A stretch of 64,000 nt of DNA from positions 5,828,001-5,892,000 of the forward strand of contig NC_043006.1 in NCBI RefSeq assembly GCF_006345805.1, given 5' to 3'. The first letter of the stretch is position 1. Each line of letters opens with the position of its first letter. Made by a program: the position numbers and the translations under genes. This document shows, piece after piece, positions 49,041 to 62,175 of this stretch. Source of the stretch: Octopus sinensis. Lineage: Eukaryota. The notes beneath the pieces were generated by a model. It did no database searches. It worked only from the letters and a program-made list of their open reading frames with translations, and was not told where the DNA came from.

Positions 49041-49642
49041 TTTTTTTTCTTTACTACCCACAAGGGGCTAAACACAGAGGGGACAAACAAGGACAGACAA
49101 ACGGATTAAGTCGATTAGATCGACACCAGTGCGTAACTGGTACTTAGTTTATCGATCCCGAAAGGATGAAAGGCAAAGTCGACCTCGGCGGAATTTGAAC
49201 TCGGAACGTAACGGCAGACGAAATACCTATTTCTTTATTACCCACAAGGGGCTAAACACAGAGGGGACAAACAAGGACAGACATAGGTATTAAATCGATT
49301 ACATCGACGCCAGTGCGTAACTGGTACTTAATTTATCGACCCCGAAAGGATGAAAGGCAAAGTCGACCTCGGCGGATTTTGAACTCACAACGTAACGGCA
49401 GACGAAATACCTATTTCTTTATTACCCACAAGGGGCTACACACAGAGGGGACAAACAAGGACAGACATAGGTATTAAGTCGATTACATCGACCCCAGTGC
49501 GTAACTGGTACTTTATTTATCGACCCCGAGAGGATGAAAGGCAAAGTCGACCCCGGCGGAAATTGAACTCAGAACGTAACGACAGACGAAATACCGTTAA
49601 GCATTTCGCCCGGCGTGCTAACGATTTTGCCAGCTCGCCGCC
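49041..49642 (-). mobile_element. SINE family B trimer (184-bp period) with one TSD pair
   Basis: Junctions at 49227 and 49411; GTCTCTCACCT at 49030-49040 and 49651-49661. Confidence 0.9.
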
Positions 49643-50518
49643 TTAGTCAAGTCTCTCACCTGACACATGTGCTGAGCATAACAAGACTTATACTTAATTA
49701 GAAACAACGAAAATGAAAGTAAAAAATCGCAGGTAAAGTCAGGTAAAATTTAAAAACGAAATTTTGATAGCAAAATTTGCTAAGATGTAAAAGAAAAGAA
49801 AATTACATACAATGAAGCTACATTATAAATTGAGCTATCTCTCTGTTGTAACGCTTGACACAGATCACGTGACCTTAATATGATGTAAAGCTAGCAGTAT
49901 ACAATAACCTTCATTTTCGTATCAACTGAACTGTCTTTACAGCTGTATTCCAAATCGCAGACTTTCATTAAACATCAGACATTCATTAAAATATTTCATT
50001 GCTTTTTCTTCTTTTTCTTCGTTGTTTAAATGTGTTAAATGATGGTCGGCGTGCTGCAGTTATTACATAGGATTAAATAAATTAAAACATTGAAAAAACA
50101 ATCAATTAAAGGTGTGTACTATTAAAGAGCGACAGAACAGCAGTAAAACACTAAATCTGATTATATTTCGACTTAACCCCCTCTTCCCTCTCTTTCTTTC
50201 TCTCTCTCTCTATCTATCTCTCTCTGTCTTTCTCTGGCTCTCTATGTATCTAACTATCTATCTATCTCCTCCTCTTTCGCACAGGTAAGCTAACACTGCG
50301 GTAAGAAATATTTACAAGTCATGCTAGAACAATCGAAGACCAGCTTCTTTCTGCTGAGGGCCAAATAATGAGAGCAGTATCGATCTGTTTCAATAAATGA
50401 CTCTCGTGATTATCACATGCTAGCAAAAATCTTGTGTTACGTGATTATATTTACAGATACAGGTTTATATCTCCCTCTCTCTCTCTCTCTCGCTCTCTCA
50501 CTCTCTCCCGTTCTCTCC

Positions 50519-50560
<42 letters not shown>

Positions 50561-50836
50561 TATATATGTGTGATGTGTGTGTGTGTGTGTGTGTTGTGTG
50601 TGTGTATGTGTGTGCCTATATCTTTTCTCTTTTATTTTTTACTTGCGTCAATCAAGACTACGGCCATGCTGGAGCTCCGTCTTCAAGAATTTCTAGTCGA
50701 ATGAGTCGGCCCCTGTACTTATTCTTTTTCCCTTTTTAAGCCTGGTACAAAAATCTTATGTGGCACGTGCTTATATTTACAGACACAGATATGTTTCCCT
50801 CTCTTTCTCTTTCTCTCTCTTTTTCTCTCTCTCTTA

Positions 50837-50867
<31 letters not shown>

Positions 50868-50879
50868 ACTCTATCGTTT

Positions 50880-51757
50880 ATATATACTTTTACTTTTACT
50901 TTTACTTTTACTTTTACTTGTTTCAGTCATTTTGACTGCGGCCATGCTGGAGCACCACCTTTTTTAGTGGAGCAAATCGACCCCAGGACTTATTCTTTGT
51001 AAGCCTAGTACTTATTCTATCCGTCTCTTTTGCCGAACCGCTAAGTTACGGGGACGTAAACACACCAGCATCGGTTGTCAAGCGACGTTGGGGGAGGGGA
51101 CAAACACAGACACACAAACACACACACACACACATACATACATATGTACATATATACGACGGGCTTCTTTCAGTTTCCGTCAACCAAATCCACTCATAAG
51201 GCATTGGTCGGCCGAGGCTATAGTAGAAGACACTTACCCAAGGTGCCACGCAGTGGGAATAAACCCGGAACCATGTGGTTGGTGAGCAAGCTACTTACCA
51301 CATACACATATATTCTTTTATTATTTTGTTTCATTCATTAGATTGCAGCCATGCTGGAGCAACACCTTAAGTCTTTTATCTTTTATCTTTTACTTGCTTC
51401 AGTCAGGAGACTCCAGCCATTCTGGCACACCACCTTCAAGAAATTTCAGTCGAATGAATTGTCACCTATACTTATATTTTTTAAGCCGGTTACTTAATGT
51501 ATCGGAGTCTCTTGCCTAACCACCAAATTACGGGGACGTAAACACACAACACCGGTTGCCAAGCGGTAGTGGGGGACAAATCACACACACACACATATAC
51601 GATGCACTTCTTTCAATTTCTGTCTACCAAACTCATTAACAAGGCTTTGGTCGGCCCAAGACTATAGTAGAAGACACTTGCCCACGTTGACACGCCGTGG
51701 AACTGAACCCGGAACCATATGGTTGGGAAGCAAGCATCTTCTCACACAGCCACACCT
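50880..51757 (-). mobile_element. Two tandem family A SINEs (50880-51303, 51335-51757); a partial tail at ~50620-50750
   Basis: Reverse-complement matches to family A. Confidence 0.85.
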
Positions 51758-52484
51758 ATATTGGGGTAGACACTTTTGTTCATAATGACATGTAGTAGAC
51801 TCGAACACACAACACTCTCCTATCGTTAGTCTATGCATTTACAAGCTGCTATCGCTCCACAACTCTTCATAACATAGTACATACAACAACAAAAAACATA
51901 GAAAAACAATATTGGACAATACTATAATTCAATATAATTCACAATAAATGGGAAGAGTACTATAGAGGCTTGGCTAATAGAAAAATATCAACACATAGAT
52001 ACAATACTGGAAATTAAGTGACAAATCTTTTGAATTTATGCATTGAATAATATTCAAATCCACTGCTGGAAGCGGGAAGATTAGCAGCACACCCGTGGTC
52101 CTTTCCTACTCAAAGAAAAGCTCGTCGAAGCACCATTCTTCAATCATTTTATTTGCCTATATGTGTGTGGAGCATTAAAACCGTTCCAAATGTGAGAGGA
52201 ATACTACATTGTGGGCCTCGGTTGAGCTTTCTTGAGTGTCAATAATTATTGGAGGCAATGCGGCTAACAGGCAGAATCGTTCTGTGTTTATATGCCACTG
52301 GAGTCGACTTTGCTTTTCATCCTTTCGGGATTTATAAAATAAGTACCAATTGGGCAGTGGGATCGACTTAATCGAACTTAGCTCCTCCCCCTAAATTGCT
52401 GGCCCTGTGCCAAATTTTGAAGCTAGTAATTGCTGGAGGTTGAAATATATTTTGGCCCTAAATACACTGGCCATCTTTAACATA

Positions 52485-52709
52485 TGTTTCTTTATTACCC
52501 ACAAGGGGCTAAACATAGAGGGGACAAGGACAGACAAACGGATTAAGTTGATTACATCGACCCCACTGCGTAACTGGTACTTAATTTTATCGACCCCTAA
52601 AGGATGAAAGGCAAAGTCGACCTCGGCGGAATTTGAACTCAGAACGTAACGGCAGACGAAATACGGCTACGCATTTCGCCCGGCGTGCTAACGGTTCTGC
52701 CAGCTCGCC
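52485..52709 (-). mobile_element. SINE family B monomer with 15-bp TSD
   Basis: TSD GCCATCTTTAACATA at 52470-52484 and 52710-52724. Confidence 0.9.
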
Positions 52710-52899
52710 GCCATCTTTAACATAGTGATTCTAAAGAGAGGTCCAGTTTTAACTACGTTGAGGGTCGAGGATTCTTGAAGATAATGAAAGCAAACAACTG
52801 GAGCGATGTTGCGGGCTTTTGATGACAGTTGTTCATGTTTATGGTGGAGTGCGAACAAAGGAGAGATATTGAAACGTTAATGGATTAATAGATTTAGGA

Positions 52900-53545
52900 A
52901 TACCAACGTTCCAAAACGAACATAAATGACTAATATGATTCTTTTTCTTGTTTCAAGAGGAACAAGCAATATTCATAGCTTTCTATGCTGCGAAGATATG
53001 AGCAGGTTGGGAATTCCAGAGAACGAGCCTTTTGGGAAGGAATGACAAGATATAGTAATTGGTGCGAAGCCTAGAGGAGATTGGAAGAAGATTAGACGAT
53101 AGGACAAGAAAACCTGAGTAGGGATGGCATAACCATCAAGCTAGTTCCAAAGATCAGAGGCCATTATAGAAATCGTATAAAGGACAGAGAAGAGACAATA
53201 TTTGTAAGCCAGAGGCCTAAGTATATCAGTGGTTGACACCAATAATGCGGGTTGCCATTTTTGGATGTGATCTAGGATGTTTGTGTGGGCAACAGCAACA
53301 CTATCCTGGATATGAGAGTAATACTTCATTGTGGGCCTCAACTGAGCTTGTATATCAATAAATGTTGGAGACTGAAGTTTGTTCTGTCTTGGCAAAGGGT
53401 TGGTTATGAGAAAGCAGTCCTAGTTTTGCTAAAAATGTGCTTTCACTGGGAGAGATCGTTGAGAAAAATGAAATCTAATAATTGGAGCGACATTTGAGCG
53501 CTCAAACTGAGTGCTGCTCGTGATCAAGAAGGATGAGGTGCGATG
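52900..53545 (-). mobile_element. Degraded CR1/Jockey-like LINE 3' fragment (related shorter fragment at ~52000-52255)
   Basis: IY(K)AQLRPTMKYYSHI...ILDHIQK...LRPLA; about 90 bp at 53278-53372 is similar to 52160-52255. Confidence 0.6.
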
Positions 53546-53561
53546 ATGTTTTCTTGGTATC

Positions 53562-53853
53562 AGTCTTTGTAAGCTTAGTACTTATTCAATCGGACATCTT
53601 TTGCCGAACCGCTAAGTTACGGGTATGTAAACACACCAACATCGGTTGTCAAGCGATGGTGGGGGAGGGGCAAACACACACCCATATATATATATACGAC
53701 GGGCTTCTTTCAGTTTCCGTCTACAAAATCCACTCACAAGACTTTGGTCAGTCCGAAGCCATAGCAGAAGACATTTGCCCAAGGTGCCACGCAGTGGGAC
53801 TGAACCCGGAACCATGTGGTTGGTAGACAAGCTACTTACCACACAGCCACGCC
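53562..53853 (-). mobile_element. SINE family A (3'-truncated)
   Basis: Head ends at 53853. Confidence 0.85.
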
Positions 53854-53912
53854 TAGGCCTATATATCCACATATACACATATGCATATGTAGATAGATAG
53901 ATAAAGAGAGAG

Positions 53913-53998
<86 letters not shown>

Positions 53999-54024
53999 AA
54001 GATAGATGGATAGAAAGATAGATG

Positions 54025-54100
<76 letters not shown>

Positions 54101-54513
54101 TATTTCTTTATTAGCCACACAGGGCTGCACACAGATAGAACAAATTACAAGGTAGAGCTTTTCTTTTGAAGGTTTAAAAAAAAAAAAAATTTTAAATTTA
54201 AAAAAAAAAAAAAGGAAGGGGAGTTTCGATCAAAAGGGATCGTAAAAGGAGAGAAAGAGCACAAAAAAAAGGGGGGTTAAAAAAAAGGAAAAAAAAAAGG
54301 GGGAGGGGAAAAAAAATTGATCAATAGGGATCGTTATCACAGAAATGTCAATATGAAGTGTAAAGGGGAGGACAGGTGAGGTTTACCCGTGGAAAGAAAA
54401 GCCTACGGAAAAGACCACGGTAACCTCGGTCAATGAAGTCACATTTTATATTTCTTTTTTTTTTTTTGCAAATAAGCAACTCTCTGTTTTCGATTTCTGG
54501 GTTCATAGGACTA
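54101..54513 (-). mobile_element. Tx1-clade LINE, 3' UTR only (copy A), in (GATA)n
   Basis: Near-identical to 58590-59000; ends GGCTAATAAAGAAATA then (TATC)n; GATA array on both sides. Confidence 0.85.
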
Positions 54514-54568
54514 ATAGATAGATAGATAGACAGATAGATAGAAAGATAGATGGATAGAAAGATAGATG

Positions 54569-54650
<82 letters not shown>

Positions 54651-54735
54651 CAGATAGATAGATAGATAGATGGATAGAAAGATAGATGGATAGAAAGATA
54701 GATGGATAGAAATAATGGATAGAAGATAGATGGAT

Positions 54736-54776
<41 letters not shown>

Positions 54777-54786
54777 TAGAGATAAT

Positions 54787-54820
<34 letters not shown>

Positions 54821-54962
54821 CAGATAGATAGAAAGAGATATAGATAGATAGATAGATAGACAGACAGATAGAATACAGACAGATAGATAGATAGATAGAT
54901 AGAAGATAGATGGATAGAAAGATAGATGGATAAAAGATAGATGGATAGAAAGATAGATGGAT

Positions 54963-55046
<84 letters not shown>

Positions 55047-55113
55047 TTAGATAGATAGACAGATAGATAGAAAGATAGATGGATAGAAAGATAGATGGAT
55101 AAGAGATAGAGAT

Positions 55114-58100
55114 ACTTTCTTTTATTAGCCACACAGGCTGAATACAGGGGACAAATACAAATGCAGAGCTTTTTTTTTCGAGGGTGGAAAAAAATAAAAA
55201 ATGTAAGATTGCGATCAAAAGGGATCGAGGGGAGGAAAAAAAGGAAAAAAAAAAAAGTCTGTATCACAGAAAATAATGGTGTAAACATTGATATAACAAG
55301 ATTGGGTTCATCCGTGGAAGAAAAAGCCTACAGAAAAGACCACGGGAACCCCAGTCAGGGAGGAATAAACACATGAGGTCAAAAATGCTCCTCTTTTCTT
55401 CTTTTTTACGATCTACAGGATCATGCTCAAATGGTTCGTTACTAGCACGCACCATCTTTGCAACATTCACCCATCTTTTTTTGAATCTTTCGCGAGACAA
55501 AACTTTCCCTCTCCATCTCACCTTCTTTTCAAGTGGTACTTGAAAAAGTTGATGAGCGATTGGCCAGAGAGGTAAGTGTTTGTCTCTAATCCTTTCGCTC
55601 GAGTCCACCACACACATTCTTTTCACCATGGCCACCAGTACGATGAAAACTGCCTGCCTTCCCCGTTGAGGGAAGGGGGCGGAGCAATTCTCACGATAGA
55701 CTCGGCCGATAGGCGGATTCGTTCCCACACGTGACAGCAGCCTTTCGGCATAAGCCACAGGTCGGAAATGGTTGGACATGCACGAGTGCGTGCAGAACGG
55801 TTTCGTCGCTCTGACCGCATCTCGGCAACGTCGGTCCAGTGTGTCTGGAACCGTGTCTGTAGAGCTTATCCCGAACAGGTAATGCTTCTCGATAGCACTG
55901 CCAGGCCAGGGATCTTTGGTGATTGTTCATAGGTCCCGGCCCGAAAGTTGTCCTGAACAGGCGGGTCAGGTGTTCCTCGTCGACGCCCCACTCTGCCCGA
56001 GTTCGTCGTCGCCCCCCTCCCCCACTAATCCTCTATAGAATGCCTTTGTGTGATGGAGTCGCACAAGTTCGATCCCGACGGCAGAGTTGCTTGAGAGCAA
56101 CGCGACCACTCGCGGTGCCATTCGCCTAGCCTCGGTCTCTGCTTGATCCATGACTGTAGTTCGTCCAAGAGACGAGCTGCGGGAAAGCGCGCCGCACAAA
56201 AGGCGACCACCCTGTTCACCGTTGTCTATGAAGCGCCGGAGATGTCGCAGTCTCAGCGCATGTCTGCGCATCAATCACCCACGGCATGCCCATCCCTCCA
56301 TTTAGCGGGGGTTGGCAGCAAATGGATCGTCTAACCATCGGAACGTTTCCTCCCGTCCACAAGAAGCGGAAGAGTATGCGTTCCAGTTTGTGTGATGGTA
56401 GGGTCGGGACAAGGCACGACGGTCAGACGATACTCGATGACGGATACGATGTACGCGTTCGCCACCTCCGCCCGACCTTTTAGGGATAGCTTTCTCTCCA
56501 GTCCATTTCTGGGTGAGAGTAGCCACCCTAGTCGTTATCTCGCCCCAGTTCTTTCTCCATTTGGAGGTCCGGACCGAACCAGACCCCGAGCAATTTAACC
56601 GGTCCGTCCGTCCAGCGTCCCACGATGGAGACGCTGTTGGACGGCATGGGCTTGCTTCTCCAGGTGCCGAGCCGCAAGCCCACTGACTTTTCCTCTGGTT
56701 AATTTTTGCTCCCGTTACCGCTTCGTATTCTTTCAGTGTCTCGCCGACCAGCTCGATGTGCTCGTAGCTCGACACTATGACGGTGACGTCATCCGCGTAT
56801 GCAGACACGCTCCTCCCGCATCCAGCTCTCGTGGGATGCCCCTCAGCGTCGCCAGTTTCCGCAGTAGTGGCTCAAGAGTCAGTACATACAGCAGCGATGA
56901 GAGGGGGCATCCCTGACGAACCGAACGCATGATGTTTAAAGGTCTGGATAGATGACCATTTACGCGAACTACTGACGGATGCCGCTGTATAAGGCAGCGA
57001 TCCAACCGCGGAAAACTGGACCGAAACCAGCCGCTTTGAGACAGCCTCCAAGTAGTGATGGTCTACCCTATCGAAGGCTTTTGATTGATCCAAATTGATC
57101 AGCGCCCCACCCATGCCAGGATTTTTAACTACCCTGTCTATGATGTAGCGCATCAGATGGAGGTTGTCATGATACTTCTACCGGCACGGCGCATGTTTGC
57201 GCCTTGTCGATTAGTTTCTTGATGACAAGCGCCAACCTCTCGGCTAACACCTTGGCCAAAATTTTCAAATCTGCGTTGAGCAGAGTGATGGGCCTGAAAT
57301 TATCTATGACGTCCCCCTTGTTTGGGTCTTTCTTGATCAGTGCCACTGCTCCTCGCTTTACAAAAGCAGGAATACTCCCGTCTCTGCCCATTTGCAGTAG
57401 ACAGCTGCCAAGAGACGCCTCCAAACAAGTTGGCATATGAAAATAAATTCGTAGGGCAGACCATCCAAGCCTGGTGACTTGTCCTCGCGCAGCCTACCAT
57501 CGCATCCTGTACGTCCGCAGCTGTGATAGGCTTTTCACAAGACTCCACCTCCCTTGCTGAGAGTCGTGGCAAGGCATGCAGGTAGGCACTAAAGTCCACT
57601 CTGCTTTCTGACTCACCACTTGTCCCAACAGTTGGGTGAAGTGTTGTTGAAAACCCACACAATCCTTTTAGGCTCGAGCAATTCGCGCCCCTGTTCATCT
57701 ATAAGAGACTTGATGGTGCTCTGCTGTTGCCTCGTTGCGTCTCCACCACTCGGGCCTCTTGGGCGGCTCCAACTCCTTCGTTCCTCAGAGCACGCATCCT
57801 AGCTCTGACAACGCATCCCTCGTTTTGGCGTTGAGGTGTTGGTCGAGGGCCAATCTCGCCGCCAGTACGTTGGACGCGATGCCAGTTCTAAGTGCCTCTC
57901 TAAAACCTTAACTAATTCTCCCTCTATTCTATTTCGGTCTAATGCTAAGGCTCTACTGTATCTGACTGATTCTGCTTTAATCGCTTTTTTTTAGGCATAC
58001 CACCATCTGTTGTTGATGATGGTACCCGTCAAAGCTCTCTTAACTAATGTGCTGATCCGGTTCCTGTAAACCTGTCGTGCTGTAAAAGACGCTTTCAGTT

Positions 58101-58463
58101 TCCAGTAACCAGGACCCTGCTATGTGTCTTATCTAAGTCAAGTGTACAAGTCACAAACTTGTGATCTGTGTAACTGACTTAATGAATTGTTGGACAACCT
58201 ACACTATTTTTATCTATTGTCCTACAGAATACTCTGTCTAAGTATGATCTGGACGACCCGATGCGTTACTCCCATGTCCACATTGGCACATTCGGGTGGT
58301 ACAGTCGGTACCTGTCAGACAGTTGGAAACGTCTGAGCAGGTCTTTGAGGCATTTGCATCCCCTTCTATTGCTATCTCTCTGCCCACGTAGTCTAGATCG
58401 TGTCCAGGGTGGCATTTCAATCCCCACTAAAAGTAAAGGACGAGACGTTCCCATGAAAGACTC
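55114..58463 (-). mobile_element. Tx1/L1-clade LINE, 5'-truncated ORF2 pseudogene (copy B), in (GATA)n
   Basis: APE end (LLLVG.WNA, SRSYLDRVF, DHKFV, PGYWKL), RT (FRPITLLNADLKILAK, LDQSKAFDRVDH, VRQGCPLS, YADDVT), C-terminal LPVRDKL..CG..DETVLHAL; many frameshifts. Confidence 0.92.
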
Positions 58464-58536
<73 letters not shown>

Positions 58537-58553
58537 GGATAGAAAGATAGATG

Positions 58554-58589
<36 letters not shown>

Positions 58590-59713
58590 TGTTTCTTTTA
58601 TTAGCCACACAGGGCTGCACACAGATAGAACAAATTACAAGGTAGAGCTTTTCTTTTGAAGGTATTAAAAAAAAAAAAAAAAAAAAGGAAGGGGGAGGTT
58701 CGATCAAAAGGGATCGTAAAAGGAGAGAAAGAGGACAAAATAAGGGGGTTAAAAAAAAAAAAAAAAAAAAAGGGGGGGAGAGGAAAAAAAATGATCAATA
58801 GGGATCGTTATCACAGAAATGTCAATATGAAGTGTAAAGGGGAGGACAGGTGATTTTTACCCGTGGAAAGAAAAGCCTGCGGAAAAGACCACGGTAACCT
58901 CGGTCAATGAAGTCACATTTATATTTCTTTTTTTTTTTTTTTTTTTTTTTTGCAAATAAGCAACTCTCTTTTTCGATTTCTGTGTTCTGGGTCATAGGAC
59001 TATGCTCAAGGTGGCTTCGTCATTCATACGTGCCATTCTTGCTACATTCACCCATCTTTTTTTAAAACATTCGCTAGACAAAACTTGCCTCTCTACTCTC
59101 ACTTTCCTTTTCAAGTGGTACTTGAAGAAGTTGATGAGAGATTGACCAGAGAGGAAAGTGTTTGTCTCCAATCCTTTCAGACGCGTCCACCAGATACATT
59201 CTTTCGCCATAGCCCAAGGATGATGAAAATAGCTCTTCCTTCCCGTTTGAAGGAAGGAGGCGTGACAATATTGACGATAGACTCAGCTGATAAACCCGAC
59301 TCGTCCCACACGTGACAGCAGTTGTTCGACATAAGCCCACAGGTCGGAAATTGTTGGACACTGAACGAGTGCGTGCAGAACGGTTTCGTCGCTCTGACCG
59401 CATCTCGGGCAGGTCGGCCCCGTGTTTCTCGAGCGTGTCTGTAGAGCTTATCCCGAACGGGTAGCGCTTCTCGGTACACTGCAGGCCAGGGATCTCTGAA
59501 GTTGTCCCATGGGCCCTGGCCCGAAAGTCGTCCGAACAGGCGGGTCAGGTACTCCTCGTCGACGTCCAGGTTCGCCCCGAGCTCGTCGTCCGTACCTCCC
59601 CTCCACTAAACCCCTATAGAATGCTTTGGTTGTGTTGAAGTCACTTAAGGTCGACCCAGGACGGCAGAGTTGCTTGAGAGCAACGCGACACTCGCGGTGC
59701 CATTCGCCCCGCG
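58590..59713 (-). mobile_element. Tx1-clade LINE, C-terminus + 3' UTR (copy C), in (GATA)n
   Basis: LPVRDKLYRH...INFFKYHLKRKVRVERQVLSSECFKKRWVNVARM...*; 3' UTR shared with copy A; GATA on both flanks. Confidence 0.9.
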
Positions 59714-60344
59714 AGATAGACAGACAGATAGATAGATAGATAGATAGATAGAAAGATAGATGGATAGAAAGATAGATGGATAGAAAGATAGATGGATAGA
59801 AAGATAGATAGATAGATAGATAGACAGACAGAAACATGCTCGCACACACATACAGGTATATGTGTACATAAGGGTGGGAGAATTTAACAGTTATGTAAGA
59901 GTGTACATGTTTATCTGTGTGTATGTTTTGTGTGTGTGTTGTGTGTGTATCTTTGTGTGCTTGTGTGCGCTTGTGTGTGTGTGTGTGTGTGCATGTATGT
60001 GCGTGTGTCTGTGTGACTGTTTCACGTGTTTACCTATGGGATAGTTCGCAATCAAATGATATAACGATAAATCATATTTGCAACAGATTAACAGATAATC
60101 CTCTTTAAGCGCACACGTGATGTTTCTGTCACTGTGACAATAGCACATCATAGATATAACCCGAGATTTCACTTTCGCAAATATGCACTTGACCTCGCTT
60201 TCAATTGACCTAGCACCACCGCCACCACCGCCACCACCGCCACCACCCCCAACACCACTCCCCACTCTCACCTATTTCACTGACTCCTGCATCGTTTTAC
60301 TAACATCACTTCCTATTACAACCGTTATTTTTTTCTTACCCTCA

Positions 60345-60409
<65 letters not shown>

Positions 60410-60592
60410 TCTCCTCTCTCTCTCTCTCTCTCCATCGTTCCTTTATTTTTCTACAGGTTAACAAGTGTCCGAAACGCTGTACTATTCATTTTACACAAAC
60501 ATGCTTAAACACACACATACACTATAGCATGCTTTTATACACACACACACATATACATACGCGCGCGCGCAAATATATATTTATATGTATAC

Positions 60593-60656
<64 letters not shown>

Positions 60657-60657
60657 G

Positions 60658-60707
<50 letters not shown>

Positions 60708-60771
60708 CAGACAGACATATGGTGTGTATGTAGGTATATATGTATATATATACATATATATGTATATGTAT

Positions 60772-60820
<49 letters not shown>

Positions 60821-60854
60821 GTATATATATATGTATATTATATATATATATATA

Positions 60855-60895
<41 letters not shown>

Positions 60896-60905
60896 TATAT
60901 ATATT

Positions 60906-61135
60906 ATATACCAATTAAGGACTGAACACGAAAAGTGGACAGTCAACATGCTAGATATAGACGTCAAATCGCCATTCTCCACAAGGATTATGTTCTCAAA
61001 TAAAAATAAAATTCAGCACGACCTAGGTTTTATTTTTATTTGAGAACATAATCCTTGTGGAGAATGGCGATTTGACGTCTATATCTAGCATGTTGACTGT
61101 CCACCTTTTCGTGTTCAGTCCTTAATTGGTATATA
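60906..61135. repeat. Long palindrome (about 106-bp arms, 16-nt loop, one indel)
   Basis: 60906-61011 is the reverse complement of 61028-61135; loop TTCAGCACGACCTAGG. Confidence 0.92.
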
Positions 61136-61376
61136 TAAATATTTTAATCTTCGGATTCTTTTTAATGTGCTAGACCACTGGTTTTTAATTGACTAATATC
61201 AATTTCTACCCTTAATTTTTAAATATATATATATATATATATATATATGAGATGCAGCACGAAGTTTGTCAGTGGCGACGAAAATATTTTGACAAATTAA
61301 ATTTAAATGTTGAAGTGAATCTAACGGTTTTGTGTTTTCTTAAATGGCTTATAAACACCTTTCACGCTGCAATTGG

Positions 61377-61447
<71 letters not shown>

Positions 61448-61496
61448 TATATAATAAGGGCAAGATTTTGTTCAATGCACTTTTCTTGCACTCTGT

Positions 61497-62165
61497 CGCA
61501 CTTAGAAGATTGATAGAAGAGTTAAGAGCCATAACACTATCTATGTAGTCTTTAAAAAGGATTTTGATTCAAGCATATGATATTCCACCAAGAATTCTGA
61601 GAGCAATAAGCTGTATGAGAACACCAGAGAGAAAGTGATCACTCCTGATGGAGAGACGAAATATTTTGAAGTCAAAACCGGAGTATTACAAGGCGACGCG
61701 CTAGCACCTTATCTCCTCGCCATCGTTCTGGACTGTGTAATGTGTAGAGCGTACTAGGGCAAGGAAGAACTAGGATTCAAACTGCATAGGCAAAGAAGTA
61801 GACGGCATCAAGCAGTAAACTGTAACTGACTTAGACTATGCTGATGACCTGGCATTACTGTCCAGAGAGGACAGATCAGGCACAAGAGGTGCTGAGCAAA
61901 TTGGAGCAGGAATCGAGGAAGGTTGGATTGCACTGTAAACGCAAAGAAAACAGAGTTGCAAGTGTTCAATCACGGAATGCCAGTATCAGTGAAAGTGAGA
62001 GACAGTAAGTCGCTCAAAGTAGTTGAAAATTTCAAATACTTTGGTGCGCGGATACCAAGTACTGAAAAAGACATCGTGGCCAGGAAAGCTCTTGCCTGGA
62101 GCGCATGCCATAAACTGAGAAAAGTATGGAGTTCAAAGTTAGCAAGGAAATTGAAAGTAGGTTGT
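61497..62165 (+). mobile_element. RTE-like LINE RT fragment
   Basis: VITPDGETKYFEVKTGVLQGDALAPYLLAIVLD, DLDYADDLALL, NAKKTE, VENFKYFG, RKALAWSACHKLRKVWSS. Confidence 0.85.
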
Positions 62166-62175
62166 TACTGGCAGG

